49,399 nucleotides of DNA from the NCBI RefSeq assembly GCF_004010195.1, contig NC_057759.1, positions 4,347,758 to 4,397,156 on the forward strand, in the 5' to 3' direction. The notes below the pieces were generated by a model that saw nothing but the letters and a program-made list of their open reading frames with translations, ran no database searches and was not told the DNA's origin. The stretch comes from Chiloscyllium plagiosum. Its lineage: Eukaryota. Numbering within the stretch: position 1 is the first letter of the stretch; each line of letters begins with the position of its first letter. Shown here in pieces: positions 1-11,838 of the stretch. A program made the translations under genes and the position numbers.

Positions 1-284
1 GATTTTCCGCCATTTAATAATAATAATAATAATAATTCTCAGAGTACACACCCTTGTTCGAGAATCTCAAGGTTTGTAAACAAAACAAATCGTTGCCATC
101 GTGTGCCCGTGTTCTTTACTGAACAGTACATGGCTCCAGCAAAACTAAAGGATCAAAAGGAAAGTTGAAAGGTTGTCTTACAGTAAACTGTCAGTCTCTA
201 GGTGGCAAATAATATCTGTCCCTGCCGAGTTTTTCCAACAATTTCTGTGTTTCCTTTTATTTCTATCATTCATTGCCTGAAGAA

Positions 285-886
285 AGCTAATTGAATGCTG
301 GCATTTATACTGAGAGATCTGGTGTACAAGGATGCAGAAGGGATGCTGTAGTTATACAACACCCTGGTTAGACCCCACTTGGAGCAGATCTGGGCACCAC
401 ACCAGAGGGAGGATAGATTGGCCTGGGAGGGAGCACAGCATGAGTTTACAAGAATGATACCTGGGTTTCAGGGGTTAAGTTATGAGGAAAGATTACACAA
501 ATTAAGCCTGTTCAGTCCAGAATTTACACGGTTCATGGATGATTTGATCAAAGATATTAACAGGAGAAGACGGAGTATAAATTGAAAGTGTTTCCACTGG
601 GAATAGGGAGGGCATATCCAGAGAATTACAGCCAGACTGTTCAGGAGAGATCTTAGGAAGTACTACTACACACAAAGGCTGGGAGATGTTTGAAACTCTC
701 TTCCACCAACAGCAGGCATTGCTGGATCAGTTGATAGTTTTAAATCTGAGAGATACATTGTTTGGTTAGCAAAGTTATTAAGGGGATAAGGGGCCAAAGG
801 CAGGTCTGTGAAATCAGGTCACAGATCTGCCATTGAATGGTGGAACAGGCTCAAGGGACTGAATGGCCTCCTCCTGCTCCTTTATA
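285..886 (+). mobile_element. Decayed CR1-type LINE, 3' fragment
   Basis: ORF2 C-terminal remnant (..FTRMIPGFQGLSYEERLHKLSLFS..) and 3' tail ending gaatggcctcctcctgctcc, similar to the tail of the younger CR1 at ~29570-29590. Confidence 0.8.
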
Positions 887-1096
887 CGAATATTCCACAT
901 TAATAAATCATGGAACCCCCTGCAGTTACAAAATGGCATTTCCACACATCGGAGCAATTAGCGATTTCAAATAGAAACTGAAAGTCCAAATATTTTATTT
1001 TATCTTTATCCTCCCAAGCAGCACATTCCAAACCCAACAACTCAAATAAGTTTCTCCTCATCTCACACTGTCATTGACAATCTTGAAATTCTGACC

Positions 1097-1131
<35 letters not shown>

Positions 1132-1290
1132 GTGGGTGGCACAGTGGTTAGCACTGCTGCCTCACAGCGCCAGAGACCCGGGTTCAATTCCCGCCTCAGG
1201 CGACTGACTGTGTGGAGTTTGCACGTTCTCCCCGTGTCTGCGTGGGTTTCCTCCGGGTGCTCCGGTTTCCTCCCACAGTCCAAAGATGTG
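1132..1290 (+). mobile_element. tRNA-derived SINE (HE1/V-SINE-like), 5' part, runs into a gap
   Basis: Pol III A box (tggcacagtgg) and B box (ggttcaattcc), then the core gtgtggagtttgcacgttctccccgtgtctgcgtgggtttcctccgggtgctccggtttcc; preceded by (taa)n. Confidence 0.9.
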
Positions 1291-1860
1291 NNNNNNNNNN
1301 NNNNNNNNNNNNNNNNNNNNNNNNNNNNNNNNNNNNNNNNNNNNNNNNNNNNNNNNNNNNNNNNNNNNNNNNNNNNNNNNNNNNNNNNNNNNNNNNNNNN
1401 NNNNNNNNNNNNNNNNNNNNNNNNNNNNNNNNNNNNNNNNNNNNNNNNNNNNNNNNNNNNNNNNNNNNNNNNNNNNNNNNNNNNNNNNNNNNNNNNNNNN
1501 NNNNNNNNNNNNNNNNNNNNNNNNNNNNNNNNNNNNNNNNNNNNNNNNNNNNNNNNNNNNNNNNNNNNNNNNNNNNNNNNNNNNNNNNNNNNNNNNNNNN
1601 NNNNNNNNNNNNNNNNNNNNNNNNNNNNNNNNNNNNNNNNNNNNNNNNNNNNNNNNNNNNNNNNNNNNNNNNNNNNNNNNNNNNNNNNNNNNNNNNNNNN
1701 NNNNNNNNNNNNNNNNNNNNNNNNNNNNNNNNNNNNNNNNNNNNNNNNNNNNNNNNNNNNNNNNNNNNNNNNNNNNNNNNNNNNNNNNNNNNNNNNNNNN
1801 NNNNNNNNNNNNNNNNNNNNNNNNNNNNNNNNNNNNNNNNNNNNNNNNNNNNNNNNNNNN
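1291..1860. other. Assembly gap
   Basis: Run of N. Confidence 1.
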
Positions 1861-2249
1861 CTCTCTGACACTCCAGCTGAGGTCCACCAGTGTCTTTTGC
1901 AATTTCAACATCACCTCCTTGTTCTCGGACTGTATGCCCCTATTAATAAAGCTGAGGATGCTGTGTGTTTTATTAACTGCTCTCCTCCTGTTATGCCTCC
2001 TTCACTGATCTGTGGATATATACCCCAAGTTCCCTCTGCTCTTGCACCCCCTTTAGAATTTTACCCCCTACTTTGTATTGTCGTTTTGTTTCGTTCAACC
2101 GACATCCTTCACCAAATTTGTGTTGAGTCACTTTTGTCTTTATTTTCCAATGTTCATGAATTAAAACCTATTTTGTTAAATCAAACTTCATTTTCTCCCT
2201 CCTAGTAGTTTTGCTGCTAACTAATAATATAACTCCACAATAACATGCA

Positions 2250-3010
2250 GTCTAGGATCAGGTTGAGTCCATTTAGCCCCCCAGGAACCTGCTCCGCTAT
2301 TCCATACGATCGCAGCTGATCCTATCTCAGCCTCAGCCCCACCTTCCTGCAAACACTCCCTTTGATCCATCACTGATTAACAATCTGTCTGTCTCCTCCT
2401 CCAATTTATGCAGTGTCCTGGGTGGTGAGGGTCAGGGGGAGTGATTTCACAGATTTGCAACCCTGTCCTCATTTGAGAGAATTCATTCCCCCTGTTTTCA
2501 GTCTGCCCAGCCCCTTATCCTGAAATGATAACCTCTTGTTCTAGATTCTCCCACACAAGTAAACATCCTCTCTCCAACTCCTTGTCAATACCCCCTTCAG
2601 CATCTTATAGCCCTCAGTTAGATCTCCTCTCTTCCAAACTCCAGAGAAACTGCTCAATCTCTCATCTAAGATAAACCCTTCCTCTCTGGAAATGATTGAG
2701 TGAATCTCCTCTGAACTACCTCCAGTATAAACTGCATCTGTCCTCAAGTAAAGAGATCAAAATTGTACCAGTCTCTTCTCATAAGACTAACCTTTCATCT
2801 GGGCAATCAATTCAGTGATTTCCTTTCAACTCCCTCCAATTCAACTAGATCCCTTCTCAAAGAAGGGGACCAAAACTGTCTGCAGTACTCTGGATGTGGA
2901 AACCCCAATTCCTTGTACAGTTGCAGTAACAATTACCTACTTCCAAAATCCATTCCTTTTGCAATAAATGTCTTCCTTGTGACCTGCTGTAGACTTTGCA
3001 CTGATACTTT
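2250..3010 (-). mobile_element. Decayed CR1-type LINE fragments
   Basis: Minus-strand remnants such as RGDLTEGYKMLKG and the gaccaaaactg..cagtactc (EYCVQFW-type) segment. Confidence 0.7.
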
Positions 3011-3589
3011 GAACTTTTTCTCCTATTCAGATGATAAGTTGCCTTTTTCAATTCTTCTAACTGCAATGGATAGTCTCACCGCTAATGGGTCTGATCAATG
3101 CTCAGTTCACTGTCTAACGGAAATTGTGAGTGTGTCCTCGATTTGAACTGTTGTGCTTTAGATTTGCAAACGTGTCAGACACAATGGTTCATTTGCTCCA
3201 ATTTGTCTAACAAATGTAAAATTACTGGGTTTGCATCCCAGGGTGATTTTCAGGCCATTTGGACAGTGTTGGAATGCTGTTCGAAGTTGCTAACCGCCTC
3301 ACTAATTTACCTGTGCCACCGGGAACTGTTGGAAGAAGCAGCTGGAGAAAATAAGAGAGAAAGAACATAGGAAAGTTTTACTGTAAATATTCAGCTTCTC
3401 CAGCTAGCAAATGAATCTGGGTTCTTTGACTGATGCGCAAGCAACAATTATTCCAATTTTAACCTTTAGTTTATATCTGTGCTGACCATTCCTCTGAACC
3501 ATTGTCTCCCCAAATAATTTTGTCTGCCACTTGCTCAGCCTGCCCACATCCTCACAAAGCACAATCCCAAATAGTGCTTTATTTCTTTT

Positions 3590-3815
3590 ATAATTCACTT
3601 GTGCGACATGGAAATCATTGGCTGGGCCGAAAATTTATTATCCATCCCTAGGTGGCCCCTTGAGAAGCGGGTATTAAGCTGCCTTCTTGAACCACTGCAG
3701 TTCCACGATACCATTAGAGAGGGAACTACAGGACTTTGACCCAGCGACACTAAATGAATGGCTGATACATTTCCAAGTTGGGATGGTGAGTGGCTCAGAG
3801 GGAAACTTGCAGGAG
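3590..3815 (-). mobile_element. LINE 3'-end fragment (non-CR1-tail type)
   Basis: Motif atttatt..ccatcccta..gccccttgagaag..gctgccttcttgaaccactgcag; related sequence at ~40750-40950; tail shared with the SINE fragment at ~36070-36240. Confidence 0.55.
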
Positions 3816-4454
3816 GTACACTTTCATACTCTCACTCAAACGCACTCACACACATACCCTCTCATACACACACCCTCATACACTATGTGACCAACATCAG
3901 TTTGAAACCTACATCGAGTGCTGACCGGAGAATGATCGCTGCGGTTACCTCCTGGAGTGTCTCACCCACCAATTCCGGAGTTTAATGGGAAGCAATATGA
4001 TGAGAGAAAGGATCAGAAACAGTGGGACAATGAGTACTGCCATCTCAGTGCTGTGTTCCTGTGCTGGATTCAGAGAGGCATTTCCTATCAATAACATCAT
4101 CCCTTCAGCAAACACCAACCCCAGTGTTCCTGTCGCCCCCCCCACTCCGCCCACCACCCCATCCTCTGCCAACACTCATCCACTTGGAGGGAAACCCTGT
4201 GTCTGTAAAATTCCCTTCAAACCCTCACCATTGCAGTAACATGATTCTTAATGAGAGAGGCTGCACAGAAACAATATCCCACCAATCCAACCCAAACTAT
4301 TCGATGCTAAACTCAAAAAAAAAAGATCACTCTGCACCAACTCTCTCTAAATTGTCAACTAGAAGTTACTGTCCTTCATTTTCACGGCCTGCATATAACG
4401 AGGCAAAACTTGCCTTGACCTCCACCAGTCAGCAGCAACTGGGCCATTCACAAA

Positions 4455-5075
4455 GAAACATAGAAAATATCAACAGGAGGAGGCCATTCCGCCCCTCTAG
4501 CCTGCTCCGCCCATTCAAAGGGATCATGGCTGATCACCCAACACAGCCGCTTGTCTCCCTGCACTCTCTCTTGAGCCCCAAAGAACTCAATCCAACTCCT
4601 TCCTGAACAACATTCAGTGTTCTGGCCCCTGACTGCTTTCTGTGGCAGAGAACTCTACAGGCTCCCCACTCTCTGGGTGAAGACATTTATCCCCATCTCA
4701 GTCCCACTCCATTTCCTTTTTACTGTGACCGCATGGTTCCGGACTCTCCGACCAGTCGCCCGGAACACCCTCCCCTTGTTTACTCTGTCTCATCCTTGTT
4801 CAAATTTATAGGTTTCTATGAGATTTCCCCTTAATTCTTTTCAACTCCAGTGAATGTCATCCTAACCGATCCAGTCTATCTCCACCTGTCAGTCCTGCTA
4901 TCCCAGGAATCATTCTGGGAAACCTTCGCTGCACTCCCTCCATAGGCACAATATCCTTCCTCAAATAAGGAAATCCCCAAACTGCGTACACAGTTCTCCA
5001 GGGTGTGGTCTCACCCTGTCCAATTGTAACGAGACATCCCTGCACTTGGACTTGAATCCTCTCGCTATGAAGGCC
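4455..5075 (-). mobile_element. CR1-type LINE 3' fragment (in the intron of the Ig pseudogene)
   Basis: PYLRKDIVPMEGVQRRFPRMIPGIAGL remnant and CR1 3' tail. Confidence 0.8.
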
Positions 5076-5749
5076 TCCCTTATCTGAGAAAGGATATTAC
5101 TCTCTCTCTCTCTCTTTGTCTCTCTCCCTCCCCCGGACAGATGCTGCTAACCTGCTGAGTGTCAAAAGCAATTCTTTAGTGTTCATGTCAAGATATCAAC
5201 TGGACCCCAGTGAAGAACGAACACAGATCAAAGATGAAGAATGAAATACCTGGCTCTGTGAGGTTGATGGAATACCTGGTCACATTAAATATTGTTCCAA
5301 CCCCGGTTGATCGCGACGCACTGGTGTCTGCCTTGGTGCTGGGACTGGAAGGATTCAACGGCCAGCTCTCTCCTGTCTGAGCTAAAGTTGTAATTCCTGC
5401 TGGCATTAAGGCTTACCTTTGAAAGTAGCATTGAAAGTACGGTCCTGTACCTCGACACAATACACACTCTCGAACAAGACGATTCCCAATTGGAACCTCC
5501 ATTTTATTGACTATGGGGGTGAGGGAAACCCCAGCAACAGGAACTGGAACAAAACAAGACAAAGAGGAAATAAAAGATTGGATGTTGAAATTGTCTTTTT
5601 TTTCCACAGACGTTATCTTCTATGACAGGATAATAAATGACAGAAAGGAGAAATAAAACAACTGAGATTTCACATCATTGCAAAGTCTCCATCTGTTGTA
5701 AAATCTACACTTCGAAAGATTTCTGTTAACTATGAATGGCCAAATGGTA

Positions 5750-6033
5750 CACCATCCAACCATTGCCCTCTTGATGTTCAATGTTATTATTATCACTGTC
5801 CCTAATCCCTGCACTCTGAAATCTTCGGGGTTACTGCCACTATCCCCACCCCCGCAGTATCAACATCCCGGCGGTTACTGTCACGGTCCCCACCCTCACC
5901 CACATTCAACATCCCAGGGGTTACTGTCACTGTCCCCACACCAACCCCACATTCAACATCCTGGGGGTTACTGTCACCGTCCCCACACCCACCCCACATT
6001 CAACATCCTGGGGGTTAACGTCACTGTTCCCAC
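5750..6033 (+). repeat. ~46-bp minisatellite (ggggttactgtcactgtccccacaccaaccccacattcaacatcct) derived from a LINE RT segment; runs into a gap
   Basis: At least 5 tandem units visible; each reads PTFNILGVTVT, matching the LINE motif PTINILGVT. Confidence 0.8.
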
Positions 6034-6533
6034 NNNNNNNNNNNNNNNNNNNNNNNNNNNNNNNNNNNNNNNNNNNNNNNNNNNNNNNNNNNNNNNNNNN
6101 NNNNNNNNNNNNNNNNNNNNNNNNNNNNNNNNNNNNNNNNNNNNNNNNNNNNNNNNNNNNNNNNNNNNNNNNNNNNNNNNNNNNNNNNNNNNNNNNNNNN
6201 NNNNNNNNNNNNNNNNNNNNNNNNNNNNNNNNNNNNNNNNNNNNNNNNNNNNNNNNNNNNNNNNNNNNNNNNNNNNNNNNNNNNNNNNNNNNNNNNNNNN
6301 NNNNNNNNNNNNNNNNNNNNNNNNNNNNNNNNNNNNNNNNNNNNNNNNNNNNNNNNNNNNNNNNNNNNNNNNNNNNNNNNNNNNNNNNNNNNNNNNNNNN
6401 NNNNNNNNNNNNNNNNNNNNNNNNNNNNNNNNNNNNNNNNNNNNNNNNNNNNNNNNNNNNNNNNNNNNNNNNNNNNNNNNNNNNNNNNNNNNNNNNNNNN
6501 NNNNNNNNNNNNNNNNNNNNNNNNNNNNNNNNN
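6034..6533. other. Assembly gap
   Basis: Run of N. Confidence 1.
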
Positions 6534-7270
6534 CCAACCCTGGCAACATCTTTGTTAATCTTTTCTCAAATTTCTCAACATCTTGCGGATGTCAGTATTC
6601 TCAATTTGCTGAACCAATGTCCTGTATAGCCATAACATGAAAACCCAACTCCTATATTCAATGCACTGACCATTAAAGGCAAGCGTACCAAATGCCCTCT
6701 TCACCTTGTTCCCCACCTGCAATGCCACCTTCAATGAACTGTAAACCTACATTCCAAGGCCTCTTTGTCTGACAATACTCCTCAGAACCTACCATCAAGT
6801 GTACACATCCTTCCCAAATTTGCGTTATGAAAAAGCAACTCCTCACATTTATCTAAATTGAACTCCTTCTGCCACTCTTCAGCCCATCTAATCAAGGTTC
6901 TGTTGTAACCTGAGATGACTTCATTCACTGTCCACTTTGTCATCAATTGTGTTGTTGTCTGCAAATTTACAAATCATGCCTTTTATATTCACATCCAAAT
7001 CATTTACAAAAGGAAAAGCAGTGGATTCAGCATTCATCCTTGTGGCACCCTGATCCCAGACCTTCTCTCTGAGAAGCAACCCACCACCGTCTGTTTCCCA
7101 CCTTCCAGTCAATTGTATGTCCAATGGTTAGCTCAACAGTCTACCATTTGGAACCTTGTCAAACATCTTGCTGACGTCTATATAGACAATATCCACCACT
7201 CTGCCTTTATCAATCTTCTTTTCTCACTTCTCGAAAAATTCAATCAAGTTATTGAGATACGACTTTCCTC
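6534..7270 (-). mobile_element. CR1-type LINE RT fragment
   Basis: Minus-strand VNDLDVNIKGMICKFADN and WAEEWQKEFNLDKCE. Confidence 0.85.
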
Positions 7271-7289
7271 ACACTACACCATGCTGCTG

Positions 7290-7925
7290 GTTACTGTATC
7301 TTGTTGATAGTGGACAGGCTTTAGGGAGTCCAAAGATGTGTTGCACACTGCACGCTTCCCAGCCTCTGATCTGCTCTTGTATCTATTGTGTTTACATGAT
7401 GAGTCTTATTCAGTTTCTTGTCAAAGGTAATTGCAGGATATTAATCGAGGGGGGATTCAGTGATGGTACTAATATTGAGTGTCAAGTGCCGCTGGTTAGA
7501 TTTTCTCTTAACAGTAATCCTCAGGATGTTAATCATGGATCGAATCAGTGATACAAACACCATTGAGGGGGCAAGGATTAGATTCTTTTAATGATAGCAA
7601 CCCAGGTGTTAATGTGGAGGAGGGAGGATAGGTTCAGTGATGGTAGCGCCATTGAGGTGCCGATGGTTGTGATCTCTCAACAAAGTCTCCAGAATGTTGA
7701 TAATGGGGAACATGAAGGAGATGATGGTTAAATTATCTCTCAATGGTAACCCCAGCATGTTGATAGTGGGGGATTTAGTAATAATACCACAACTGGACAC
7801 CGAAGGGTGATGGTTTTATTCTCTCTTAATGGTAACCTCCACCCCCACACCACGCCCAATGCTGAAAGTGGGAGGGATCAGTGATGGCGATATCTTTGAA
7901 AGTGAAGGTGCTGGTGAAATTCTCT
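7290..7925 (-). repeat. LINE fragment whose RT segment is tandemly amplified (~6 degenerate units of 60-90 bp)
   Basis: Repeated gatgttgatagtgggggattcagtgatggta...ttagattctctcttaatggtaacccc; minus strand reads GIITKSPTINMLG. Confidence 0.7.
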
Positions 7926-7939
7926 CTCACTAGAACACT

Positions 7940-8050
7940 CAGAGGAAACTCATGGAGACACGGGCAGAATGTGCAAACTGCACACAGATAATGAACCAAG
8001 GCTGGAATTGAATCTGTGTTCCTGGCACCACTGTGCCACCATGCCACCCT
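7940..8050 (-). mobile_element. Degenerate HE1-like SINE fragment
   Basis: gaggaaactcatggagacacgggcagaatgtgcaaactgcacacaga...ctgtgccacc. Confidence 0.65.
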
Positions 8051-8149
8051 GAAATGGATGGCAATGTACAAAACTTTATTCATGTTGAGCAACAGAGATT
8101 TGAAGTAAATAGAGGAGGCTCCTGCAGTTTCTGCAAGTGTTATGTTTAA

Positions 8150-9095
8150 CAGAGGTAAATGTATAAGTTCACTCACTTATTCACAGAGCACAAACTGACA
8201 GGTAGAGATACTTTCAGGTACAGATGCACTCATCCATTCATATAGTTGAAGCTGTCAGGGATAGACTGATGATTGCTCAAACACATTCACATTGCAGAAA
8301 CTGACAGGTACATTTTGATAACACCCACATTCCCAGAGCAGAATGTCACAGGTATATATTGATAACTACATTTTTACATTCACCTAGAACCGAATGAGGC
8401 AGATTGATAACTAAAATCACATTGACATAGCAAAAGCTGACAGGTAGAGACTGGTAATGACATTCTCATATTCACACAGCAGAATCTGACGGGGCAGATA
8501 GATAACTAGACAGTCATATTCAAAATACAGAAACTGATGGACTGATCAATAACTACACTTCCATATTCACAGATCAAAAAGTGACAGGTACAAATGAATA
8601 GGCAAAAGTGGGGACTGCAGATGCTGGAGATTAGAGTCGGGAGTGTGGTGCTGGAAAAGCACAGCAGTCAGGAAGCACCCAAGGAGCAGGAGAATCGACG
8701 TTTTGTTTAAAAGCCCTTCATCAGTACAGATGGATAACTACACCAATACAGTCTCATCGAAGAAACTGACAGGGAATGAATGATAACTAAACTCATGCAT
8801 TCCTGTCACTGAAAGCAACAGGTACATTTCAATATGGACCCCCACATGTTCACTTCGCAGAAGATGGCAGGTTGACATTGATAACTACGTTCACATTTTA
8901 ACAACGCAGAAACTGAATGGATGATTGATTAAACTATCCCATTTACAGACTAGAAACTGTCATATTCACAAGTAGAAACCAACAGGTTTAGGGTGATAAC
9001 TTCACTCAAGTATGCACATAGCAGAATCTTACTGGGTGAGGGTGATACCTGTCCTCACATATTCAAATAGCAGAAGCTTAGAGCTGCAGATTGAC
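8150..9095 (+). repeat. Degenerate ~45-bp satellite (gcagaaactgacaggtacagattgataactacactcacattcaca)
   Basis: Many diverged tandem units; interrupted by a short Penelope-like tail at ~8600-8723. Confidence 0.8.
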
Positions 9096-10239
9096 ACATA
9101 GGCTCTCATTGTAAGTATAAAATGGTTGGATATATTCTCATTGGAGTTTTGAAGAACAATGTATGGCCTTTAGAGCAAAAAAAATGATCTGAAGGGAGTT
9201 GATGTTGGGAGTAGGTCACTGCTCATGAGAGAATCCTGAGTAAGGGACACAGTTTTGAACAGGAAGCCTTCTGTCTAAGAAAGCAATGGAGAATATTCTC
9301 CCCCTGTTCTGTTCCACAGAGAGCAGTTAGGGTGGAGTTATCAGCTTAAGTTATGCTAATGTAGCCATATATCCTTTTTGATACATAAGGGAGTCTTTGG
9401 TTATGGGCACTAAACATCAAAATGAGATGAAGACCATAACTAAAGCCTTTGTGATCTGTTCTCATGACAGAGTACACACAGGCAGATAGAAATGTCACAG
9501 AATTCTCATGCTTCTTATGGTCTTCTGCTTTGAGATATTTAAGGTGACACAAGATAGAAAGAAATTAATAACTACAGCATATACATCTGCATGACAGGAT
9601 TGGGAGGCATCATTCACTATACACTTTATCTGTAACTTACTGATATGTGTGTGCTCACAGATCACATACTGATCGATTCAGTTACAAGTTACCCTGATGT
9701 ATCAAGGATGGAGTGAAAAAAAAAGATTAACCATCCATTTCATCAGAAACTTTGAGATTTGCTCTCTGTAATGCCAGTGATTGACTGAAACTGAGTAAAT
9801 ACAAGATTAGAAACAATAAACTGGCAGTTACAGAATGAAATACTGAGTCACTTGCAAAGCAATAAATTGTTTGGATATAACACAACTATTGATTAGCTAG
9901 AAACTGGCATAAACAATGTAACATCCGCAGTGACATTGCAGATATTGTCAGTAACAATGTAGAAAGTATTATCCTTTATCAAAATGCTGCAGTTATAAAT
10001 ACAAACTCAGCTTCAATTTGCAGAGGCTGATATTCATAGGGTTTGGGAGTGGAGAGTAGTGAGTCCTTCCTGAGTCTGTCCAAAGTGGTATCTGGTACTT
10101 TCAAAATTGACACCGACACAGTAAAGCAACAAGGTACACTTCAGAAGGTTTGAGTTACAGTCCAGTAACGTACTGACATGTTAAGACTGTGAAGTAGAGT
10201 TTACAAAAAATACATCCCAGAAACAGACGGGCACAGATT

Positions 10240-10388
10240 GGAGTTGAGAGTGTGGTGCTGGAAAAGCACAGTAGGTCAGGCAGCATCCGAGGAGCAGGAG
10301 AATCGATGTTTCAAGCAGAAGCCCTTCATCTCGACGTTTTGGGCATAAGCCTCTAATCCCCAGCATCTGCAGTTCTTACTTTCTCCTC
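10240..10388 (-). mobile_element. Short Penelope-like terminal fragment
   Basis: gtgtggtgctggaaaagcacag..caggcagcatccgaggagcaggagaatcgatgtttc..aagcccttcatc, shared with the ends of the GIY-YIG/RT-bearing elements at ~37.7 and ~45.3 kb. Confidence 0.7.
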
Positions 10389-11254
10389 GGGGCACAGATT
10401 GGAGGAATATTTCTAAGTGGCTGGCAAATAGTATAACGTTTTACCGCTCACAGCAGTGTTTGATGGTTACAGAATAAAACCCGTCTTGAAATAACACTAT
10501 TAGATGGAGGACCAGAGCCTCATTGGACAGATGTTTGAGTTAGTGCAAAATGTGTAAATTAGGACACGACAGATATAAAGTTAAACTGACGCATATATAT
10601 AGCATGCTAACAGTTGCTTGTGAACAGGCATTCGTGTAAGACTGAGAAGTGTTATAAGTCCCTAAATGAAACGTGCAGCAACGTGGTTTAGTTACACTGC
10701 GGGGACTTTCAAAGCACACAGTTATCGATAGGTCTCTGGGCCCACAGTTATCAGTCAAGGTCACAGAAATTTATTCATCCCACAGTCAAGACATGACTCA
10801 ACTCGTGACTCAAGAAAAGTATTACATAGAAACTTTTTCTTCTCATTTCTCTGCAACTCCGTGCAATTGAGAACAAGTTGCATCAACCCCAAGTGTAGAA
10901 AACACTCACAGTCAGGTTCCAGTCGTTTGTGTAACTTGACAACAAATGTAATCGCAATTTCGAATACGAGATTTTTTTTCACACAGTTCTGTGTTAATTC
11001 CAGCCCATGCAGAGGAACAGAAACAGACATGCGGAGCTAGAAACACATCATCACAACAACAAGCAAAAGGAAACCGAGCCAATACCACAGTCATTTTCTG
11101 TATCACAAACACAAAACAAATCTCCCTCAGTCAGACTGACAGGAACAGAATCACTATCCACTTAACATTTCGTTGCAAATCCTGACAGATCCACATTGGA
11201 TCCCACATTAACCACTCAGAGAGACTCAATGTTTGGGAATGACTCTGTGTAAAG

Positions 11255-11322
11255 TACCCAATCAGGAACCAGGCTTTCCCCCATCCCTCATTAGCATTGA
11301 TGACGTCGTCAGTCTATAAAAA
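11255..11322 (+). promoter_or_regulatory. H2B promoter
   Basis: CCAAT (~11258), octamer-like ATTAGCAT (~11290), CRE-like TGACGTC (11301), TATAAAA (~11315). Confidence 0.75.
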
Positions 11323-11374
11323 GGGAACTCCGAGCCCACTTGCCCTTATTCTGCATCTGAAAGTGAGCGGCGCT

Positions 11375-11755
11375 ATGGCTGATGAGAAGAAAGCACAGCA
11401 AGCCTCCAAGAAGGGCGCGAAGAAAATCATCAAGAAGGCGCCAGCGAAGGGCGGTAAGAAGAGGAGGCGGTCCAGGAAAGAAAGTTACTCCATCTACATC
11501 TACAAAGTGATGAAGCAGGTTCACCCCGACACCGGCATCTCCTCCAAGGCCATGAGCATCATGAACTCGTTCGTCAACGATATTTTCGAGCGCATCGCGG
11601 GGGAGGCTTCCCGCCTGGCCCATTACAACAAGCGCAGCACCATCAGCTCCCGGGAGATCCAGACCGCCGTGCGGCTGCTGCTGCCCGGGGAGCTGGCCAA
11701 GCACGCCGTGTCGGAGGGCACAAAGGCGGTGACCAAGTACACCAGCTCCAAGTGA
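11375..11755 (+). CDS. H2B: Histone H2B (126 aa, replication-dependent)
   Basis: MADEKKAQQ...[26 protein letters not shown]...TKYTSSK; intronless; ATG in gctATGg context downstream of the TATA box. Confidence 0.98.
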   Translation: MADEKKAQQASKKGAKKIIKKAPAKGGKKRRRSRKESYSIYIYKVMKQVHPDTGISSKAMSIMNSFVNDIFERIAGEASRLAHYNKRSTISSREIQTAVRLLLPGELAKHAVSEGTKAVTKYTSSK

Positions 11756-11792
11756 AGGACCGCATTGCACTAAGACAAACACATCCACAACC

Positions 11793-11838
11793 CAAAGGCT
11801 CTTATAAGAGCCACCCACAACTTCCCCGAGACAGCTGA
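11793..11838 (+). terminator. Histone 3' stem-loop (GGCTCT-TATA-AGAGCC, 11797-11812), ACCCA and a weak HDE
   Basis: caaaggctcttataagagccaccca...gagacagctg. Confidence 0.9.

Larger units (their letters stand above)
3311..5543 (-). pseudogene. Ig-superfamily type I membrane receptor pseudogene (Fc-receptor-like/CD2-like C2-type domain): Ig exon 5250-5543, TM exon 3949-4084, small cytoplasmic exon 3311-3341
   Basis: The 294-nt phase 1-1 exon has acceptor ttttgttccag and donor CAG|gtattt. It reads VPVAGVSLTP..GNRLVRECVLCRGTGPYFQCYFQ, then (frameshift) LNASRNYNFSSDRRELAVESFQSQHQGRHQCVAINRG, then (frameshift) VGTIFNVTRYSINLTEP. It splices in phase to GNASLNPAQEHSTEMAVLIVPLFLILSLIILLPIKLR (hydrophobic TM followed by basic residues). 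The 31-nt exon has acceptor ttttctccag and donor gtaaat. Confidence 0.7.

Noticed and set aside
37..125. Possible tyrosine-motif cytoplasmic exon (..KGVYSE..) of the Ig receptor on the minus strand
   Set aside because: Splice sites and frame are ambiguous and it is at the window edge; not supportable.
1132..1200. tRNA gene
   Set aside because: The A/B boxes belong to a SINE head followed by the V-SINE core; no full cloverleaf.
1071..2205. Long ORFs spanning N runs (also at 5732-6640, 27808-28227, 37612-38199, 45521-46388)
   Set aside because: Artefacts of translating assembly gaps; the flanks are SINE, LINE or Penelope sequence.
5250..5400. Separate Ser/Thr-rich stalk exon (GITTLAQTGESW...)
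   Set aside because: The alternative frame carries the Ig E-F strand signature, so this is better read as the frameshifted half of the Ig exon.
5790..9095. CRISPR-like repeat arrays
   Set aside because: Contiguous degenerate tandem units without unique spacers, no cas genes, and a vertebrate context.
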